A stretch of 64,000 nucleotides of DNA, taken from positions 374,604,001-374,668,000 of the forward strand of contig OZ024740.1 of assembly GCA_964016885.1 (NCBI GenBank). Direction: 5' to 3'. Of this stretch, positions 57,261 to 64,000 are shown piece after piece. The notes under the pieces were generated by a model. It made no database searches and had not been told where the DNA came from. It was given only the letters and a program-made list of their open reading frames with translations. Each line of letters starts with the position of its first letter. Position 1 is the first letter of the stretch. Source of the stretch: Eledone cirrhosa. Taxonomy: Eukaryota. Made by a program: the position numbers and the translations under genes.

Positions 57261-59582
57261 GAGTGTGTTCTGTTATTAATTCTGGCAATATTACGCAAAT
57301 ATGACCCTCCCCAAGTATAACAATATCTGTTTCGACACACGATTTCATATACAAAACCACGCTAAACTAATTCATCGCCGCTACGGCATTAGCTTGTGCC
57401 AAGCTGAAAGGTTATTGAAAGACACTGTTTTCTGTAATATAAAAACTACAGAACAAATCCGCTTCTTAAAACACTGTGTTTCTTCCAAAACATACACACC
57501 AAACATTTCAAAACAAGTAAATAATTTATTATTGAACAAAACACAAGCCGAACGGCTAAAACACATAATAACAGTTAATATGAAAAGAACAACATACACA
57601 AAAGTCAACGCACTCTACAGACAGAAACGCATAACGGTAAGAAAATCCGAAATCTCATCACAGCAAACGAGAGAGATGACTTCATGAGCGTCATCCGACG
57701 CGAAACGAGATACGCTCGAAACGAATGCTATAGGCATTTCAAGAAGAAACTAGAATGGATGAATAGGAAAAAACTACAAGAAAGGAAAATCGAATATTCT
57801 CAAAAATACCCAGATAACATCGACAATATCCGTATGACTGATGTAAAACTACAGGAAGAATTTACCAATGACCACACAGTAAATATCTATGGGAACACTT
57901 TAATCAGTGAACAAGAACAACAAATCCTACGGTTACCACCAAAATTTGCCATCTACAAAAAGATTAACCCTATGGAATGCAAAACGGATGTGGAAAAGTG
58001 TTTCACAAAAATACGTTGGAATGCAAAGGTAAACAACAACAACAATAATAGCGGTAGTAGTAATATAAACAATAACTCTGGGTATAGAAATAACAGCCAT
58101 AACCATAACAATGGCAGGAAAGTGAGAAATAGTGATAATGGCAATAATACTAGCGATAGACGGAACAACAACAACCACAATAATAATAATAATAGAAACA
58201 TTAACCACAGACACAGCAACATTGACCACAGTAGTAATAACGGTAACAATACGAACAACAACAACAACAACCATAGTGGTAATAATGGAAATAGTACATG
58301 TAGCAACATCAACAAAAACAAGAAACATAATAATAGTAACAACCACAATGGTAGAAATAACAGTAACAACAACAACAATAACGGTGAAGTAAACAACAAT
58401 ACATCTAGCAATCATAACAATAATAATAATGCTAATGATAGAAACAACAACAACCACGCTGATAACAACAATAGCAACACACACAACTATGACGATAGAT
58501 ATAATGACAACCCCTTAGAGAAACTATTTTTCAACCCAGCTGACAAAACATATAAGATGGGTAATATCTATCCTACGAGGTTACCTTTAATAAAAGAGTT
58601 TGCATACCACAGCAAATAGATGACGAGACGGAGGCACAGTTCACCATAGCTAGAAATAAGATAAGACAAGTAGTAGACAGGTATACTAAGAGACAGAGCA
58701 GACCAGAGGCCCAACAACTTGGGAGAAAACCTGTAGAAGGCTTGGTTAGCCTCAAGCAGCGTACAAGGGATGGTGAGGTAGTATGTCTACCCACGGATAA
58801 GTCTGGTAGGATGTCAATAGATAGCATACCGAACTACATCAAGGCTATGCAACTCCACATCACCAACACGAGCGAAATTGCACAACAAACACACGATGGG
58901 AGAGAGAAAATCCTCAACGCTCACATGATGATGTGGACTGTCATCCTAAAGCCAAGCAGACACACTGCCAACAACTTCCAGGCGTCTAACAATGACATAC
59001 CACCCTTGTATGGGCTCCGCAAAGACCACAAGACAGTCGACGACCCGACAACAGGACCACCAACAAGACCCGTATGCGGAGCTAATATAGCTAGCAACTG
59101 CAGGATCTCCTACATCCTCTCAATGGTTATACGCCCCATAATCAAGATGTCCCCAGATGTATGTGAAAGTACAGAGGACCACCTCAGCAGAATCAGTGAG
59201 TGCAACAAAAACAGGAGCCTATCCAACTGCATAATAGGCAGCATGGATGTGGTGTCACTGTACCCATCCATTAACATTGATTTTGCTGTGAAAAGATGTG
59301 TGGAGATGATCATTGAGAGTGAGGTGGAGTTCTGCGACGTCGACACAGACGAACTGGGCCTCCTACTTAGACTTACCTACGACACTGACTACCTAGACAG
59401 CCATGACCTTAGATGTTTCTGCCCTAGTAGACCTATAAGAGGTAGACCCCCCACCATAACCTCAATGGCAAAAAAGACTCCCATAGGAAGTTGGATTGGG
59501 TGGACCAAAGCTATACGGACCCCCCAAAACACTGATCAGGTAAGAAAAATGGTCGCACATGCAATAGGGGCTAGTATCAAAA

Positions 59583-59618
<36 letters not shown>

Positions 59619-59619
<1 letters not shown>

Positions 59620-59850
59620 TATACGCTTCCACCATATTTTTGACAAAAGAAATGTTTAGCCTGATAGTTGGGTTTATAACCCACAGAGAAATGGAAACAG
59701 ATGACCATTGACGTACGCCAATACTCATCTTTTTCCATTTCTCTGTGGGTTCTAACCCCACTATCAGGGTAAAAATGTATTTAGTCAAAAATACGGTGAA
59801 AGCATATAATTATATTTTCCAACTCGCTCACTGTTTCAAAACATACTTAT
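59619..59850. repeat. About 190-nt imperfect hairpin with a short tail, between (TA)n tracts
   Basis: atatttttgac...acccacagagaaatggaaa / tttccatttctctgtgggt...gtcaaaaatac. Confidence 0.85.
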
Positions 59851-59861
59851 ATATATAGAGA

Positions 59862-59925
59862 GAGAAATTCCTGATGATTTCTAAAGAATGAAACAGTTCT
59901 AGTCCTGTAGAATCTCATCTATATT
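59862..59925 (+). ncRNA. Degenerate hammerhead-like motif; paralog at 5768-5820
   Basis: CTGATGA-t-ttct-aa-agaa-t-GAAAC-agttcta-GTC-ctgtagaat; stem I not canonical. Confidence 0.35.
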
Positions 59926-60139
59926 ATATATATCGTGTGTATGTGTTTGTTTTATACGTGGTTTGTATTTATATTGTATTAGTTAATTACCCACCCTCTC
60001 CAACACACACACACACACACACGAGTACGTTTATGGCTTTATTTTTATTTTCTTATATATTTTTTGATTGTTTTAATCTTATTTATTTATATCTGTCTCC
60101 GAACTACATCTCAATGGTTTGTACATATAAATATATGTA

Positions 60140-60199
<60 letters not shown>

Positions 60200-60466
60200 C
60201 TATTCTAAGGCGGGTAAAATTCCCGAGATCCATGGACGAGTGCTCTCCAGCGGTTTCTGTCCCTCATTATCGCTGCCTTGTCTTGCGTCTCCAACAGACC
60301 AGTGTCTGTCTTTAGGGCATCAACATACGTTAACCTTGGTCTTCCTCTTCTAGTGTGTCCATGTAGGGGCTCCCAAAGGGGCACTGAGTGCAATGTCAAC
60401 TCTGGATATCGGTGAGCATGTCCAGCTAACCTCAGTCTCCTCTGTGTCACTTTTGAGCTGACTTTT

Positions 60467-60470
<4 letters not shown>
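60200..60470 (-). mobile_element. RTE LINE 3' end inserted in (TA)n
   Basis: [29 protein letters not shown]. Confidence 0.88.
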
Positions 60471-60550
<80 letters not shown>

Positions 60551-60551
60551 A

Positions 60552-60582
<31 letters not shown>

Positions 60583-60711
60583 TATTTAGGAACAAGTTTA
60601 ACCCTTGGCAGAACTCAAGCCGTTTCGACGGCTATTTCTGATGTGTGTGTATATATGTGCATGTATATATACGTGCTTGTATGTATAGAGATATTGTGTA
60701 TGTATACATGA

Positions 60712-60773
<62 letters not shown>

Positions 60774-61665
60774 TATATATATGTATTTATGTATATGTGT
60801 ATGGGGAGATATGCATGTTTGTATATATATAGATGTTACGTTAATATTGAGTACCTGTGTGAGTGTGCGCCTGCGTGAGCGCATATATGAACAAAAGATC
60901 ACACGTTTGTATGTGTGTGTTCGTATTTCCATGTAGACGCACATATACTTATGTGAGAATATATACTATTACGTATAAGCGTGTGTTTGAATGTGTGTAT
61001 TTTTATGTTCTGGATATTTATTTATATATCTTTTCTCCCAAATGTTTGCCCTTATTTGATTTCAGGCTCACTTTTATTTATTCTAAACTTTATTTTCAAA
61101 TCCATATTTAATAAACATTTGAACATTACCAGAACAATTATCACATTGTATCCACCATAAACTTCATACACACTGCTTATCATACCCACGCATCTCTGTC
61201 TGCTTAATATGCTTTGATACCTGTATTGCATTATGTGATACCTTTGCCATACTGTGATATATATGTTTAGTACCAATGCTTGTTTCTTACCTAGTTATTC
61301 TGTACATGCCTAATACCTCCGCACTCTGTCTATACGTTTGCATATGAACCGCTAATGTCCTCACTTTGCGTGTTACTTTCTTTTTTAATTTCTCTATAAT
61401 TGTTGTATTATTCTTTTATCATCTTTGTCGCATCCATGTATACTGGCCACATCATCTTCACTCTTTAAATATGACACTGTTAATGACAACACTAACATCT
61501 ACGTATCATTACAACTGTTCTGTGGAATAGGAGATTAATTATATGTCTAAATTTTGCTAATGCTCCGAACAATCCAAACGAAATTTTAGAAGAAGCGAAT
61601 GTCAGCAATAAAATGTGTTGAACATAGTTTTGATTATTCTGTAATTTATATATATATATAGAGAG

Positions 61666-63895
61666 AGAGATTAAATGAAACAAAGTTCTGTTTAAATCAT
61701 TTATCTGCTTACAATTGTTTCTTCCAAACAGAGGTTTGGAGTCTTCGGAGCAATTATTCAGTGATTTTTAAAATACTTGACCTCCTTTTCAACACAAGAG
61801 ACATATAGAAACATATGTATATATTGACCAACAGTGGGTTGACATCCATTATAATAATATAGCATGGTAATTTACATACAAAGATTACAGTCATATTAAA
61901 GGACAAAATTAAAGTTAAAATTAAAATAAAAATAAAAATAAAACGTTGGCAGTCTACTAAGATAAAGCAAAAGGTAAGTTTGGAGTAGCCAGTGTATGCA
62001 ACAGTCACACGTGTGGCATGCACGCGTGTCCTATTTATACAAGATTATAGTGCGGCAGATTGTTACAAGTAAAACAAGCAGTCAAAGCAGGCAATCAAGA
62101 GCATCATGGTGGCTGAACTGTTTAAGCATTATTTACACACACCTGTACGATATAGAAGCCCGTGTGTTGAGAAACACCAATAATATCAAAAATATCAAAA
62201 ATATTACAAATGAGAAGCAAAACAGCACCACTGTCCTCGTGCACACCACCACTCTCACAATCCAGGAAACGCAATTTATAGACTACATGTCCATCTCACA
62301 ATCCACGATGATTCAACATTGGGTGCCTGGTGAACCATGCTAGAACATCACAGCTTGTTCTTTAATTCGATTCCATATAGCAGGTTGTTTTTGGTGTTAG
62401 ATATGACATCGTATCATATTCCGGAAGTCTGTGTGTGATTAAGGGGAGTTAGTGCGTAAGGGGAGGTAACTAGCTGATTTTTATAGTTAAATTTATTATC
62501 TTAAAGTGCATTAATGGTGTCTCAAATGAGTTCCCATCATATAAGGTTATAAACAATTTCTAAATTTAAGTATCTTATCTATAAATTACAGTGCAGTCTA
62601 TCAAGAAGTACTAAAGGTGTTCATATTAGGATGATTACCTTTTATCATAGGGTGCCCCCACCGAACATTCCAAAAGAAGAGTCAGATTTCCAAACCAATG
62701 ATCTTTGCATGTGTAGTCCACCCGCACGACCTGGCAGGATCTTATTAGAATCACTTCTATATATGACTCCTGGTAAGTTCTGGGTCATTGCATGACTGAT
62801 TGCATGGCGAAGTTAAATATCACTAGGGTAGTCCAGAGATCAATTCACACCCACAAAGACACCGATCTGACCATCAAGTCATACATGTATTTATAACTCA
62901 TACATCACCTGTACATAATTCATTGCACTTAGCATATAGATTATATAGCTCTATTATGTTAATAAATTAATTTATTAATCTTCCATTTATCCAATGATGG
63001 CACTACATACACAGGACAATGTTAGCACAACCAATTCCGTGCTTAAAGTTTACATTGGTGTAATATAGTCTAAGCGATTGAAGGCCAATATGCCAAAAGT
63101 AGAAGTACATGGGGATATCTCCAAGGTAAAAGGTACTAGGGGGCTGCCACTATTTGCGTTAAAGTGGATTAATGGGTGTGGATATGAGGTGTAAGGTGTG
63201 CCCCTGATGACAGTCTAGCCAATGCCCTCCACTATGTAGCTACATACACTATCTAAAAACTAAAAATAAACCATATACACTTAAATGGGAAGTGATAGGT
63301 AACGCGTCATCTTACAAACCACGTAATACATTTTGTAACCTCTGTCTACTAGAGACCCATACTATCATCTTCTCAAACCATAACCTCCTTAATAAAAAAT
63401 CGGAAGTGTTCGGATCTTGCCAACACCGCTTCCGACACTCCTTCCAAAACCTTAAACCCAATATATAACAATGTCAGACTTGAACCCATCACCACCTCTA
63501 GCAGCAATCATCTTGTATAAATAGGACACGCGTGCATGCCACACGTGTGACTGTTGCATACACTGGATACTCCAAACTTACTTTTTGCTTTATCTTAGTA
63601 GACTATCAATGTTTTATTTTTATTTTTATTTTTATTTTTATTTTAACTTTAATTTTGTCCTTTAATATGACTGTAATCTTTGTATGTAAATTACCATGGT
63701 ATATTAGTATAATGGATGTCAACCCACTGTGGGTCAATATATACATATGTTTCTATATGTCTCTTGTGTTGAAAATGAGGTCAAGTATATTATAAATCAC
63801 TGAATAATTGCTCCGAAGACTCCAAACCTCGGTTTGGAAGAAACAATTGTAAGCAGATAAATTATTTAAACAGAACTTTGTTTCATGTAATCTCT
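61666..63895. repeat. Long inverted repeat (61666-62045 / 63510-63895) around a 1.46-kb spacer
   Basis: Arms about 380 bp and nearly identical (mirror ORFs 61754-62023 and 63532-63795). Confidence 0.93.
63809..63855 (+). ncRNA. Minimal type I hammerhead-like RNA with a U4C core (mirror copy 61706-61752, minus strand)
   Basis: tgct-CCGAAGA-c-tccaaac-ctcg-gtttgga-a-GAAAC-aatt-GTA-agca. Confidence 0.6.
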
Positions 63896-64000
63896 ATATA
63901 ACTGCTCTGTAAAACAACTGATGTTGTTACATTGAGGTATTTATCTTACTGGTAATAAGATAGTAATAAATTACTGTCTTTCACTATTTAGGGTATAATA

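Larger units (their letters stand above)
56712..59588 (+). mobile_element. Penelope-like element 3, forward arm: pLTR, N-terminus and partial RT, cut at (TA)n
   Basis: 56712-57382 mirrors 55017-55660; ATG 57301; LPPKFA, PTDKSG, RPVCGA, SMDVVSLYPSI. Confidence 0.9.

Overview
AT-rich, microsatellite-dense eukaryotic DNA with no intact host gene visible. The tRNA-derived SINE and repeat landscape resemble those of octopod cephalopods; this is an inference. The window is mostly retroelements. (i) A head-to-tail array of two families (A and B) of R4/Dong-type restriction-like-endonuclease (RLE) LINEs sits in (TAA)n at 8.9-24 kb and 31.7-32.4 kb. (ii) Several minus-strand L1/Tx1-type LINEs are nested in that array at 24-34 kb. 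(iii) Three Penelope-like elements (PLEs) are present, two with Naiad-type features and one with an inverted pseudo-LTR structure, at 41-46, 51-55 and 55-59.6 kb. (iv) There are RTE fragments, SINE copies and many fold-back elements at (TA)n/(CA)n. All TE ORFs are disrupted. The best leads are a four-block non-coding motif shared by two divergent Naiad leaders, several hammerhead-like ribozymes (one with a U4C core), a leader and structured UTRs shared by the two Dong families, and collinear minus-strand exon-like relics resembling tandem, very divergent complement C3/TEP genes. All assignments were made by eye; no searches were run.
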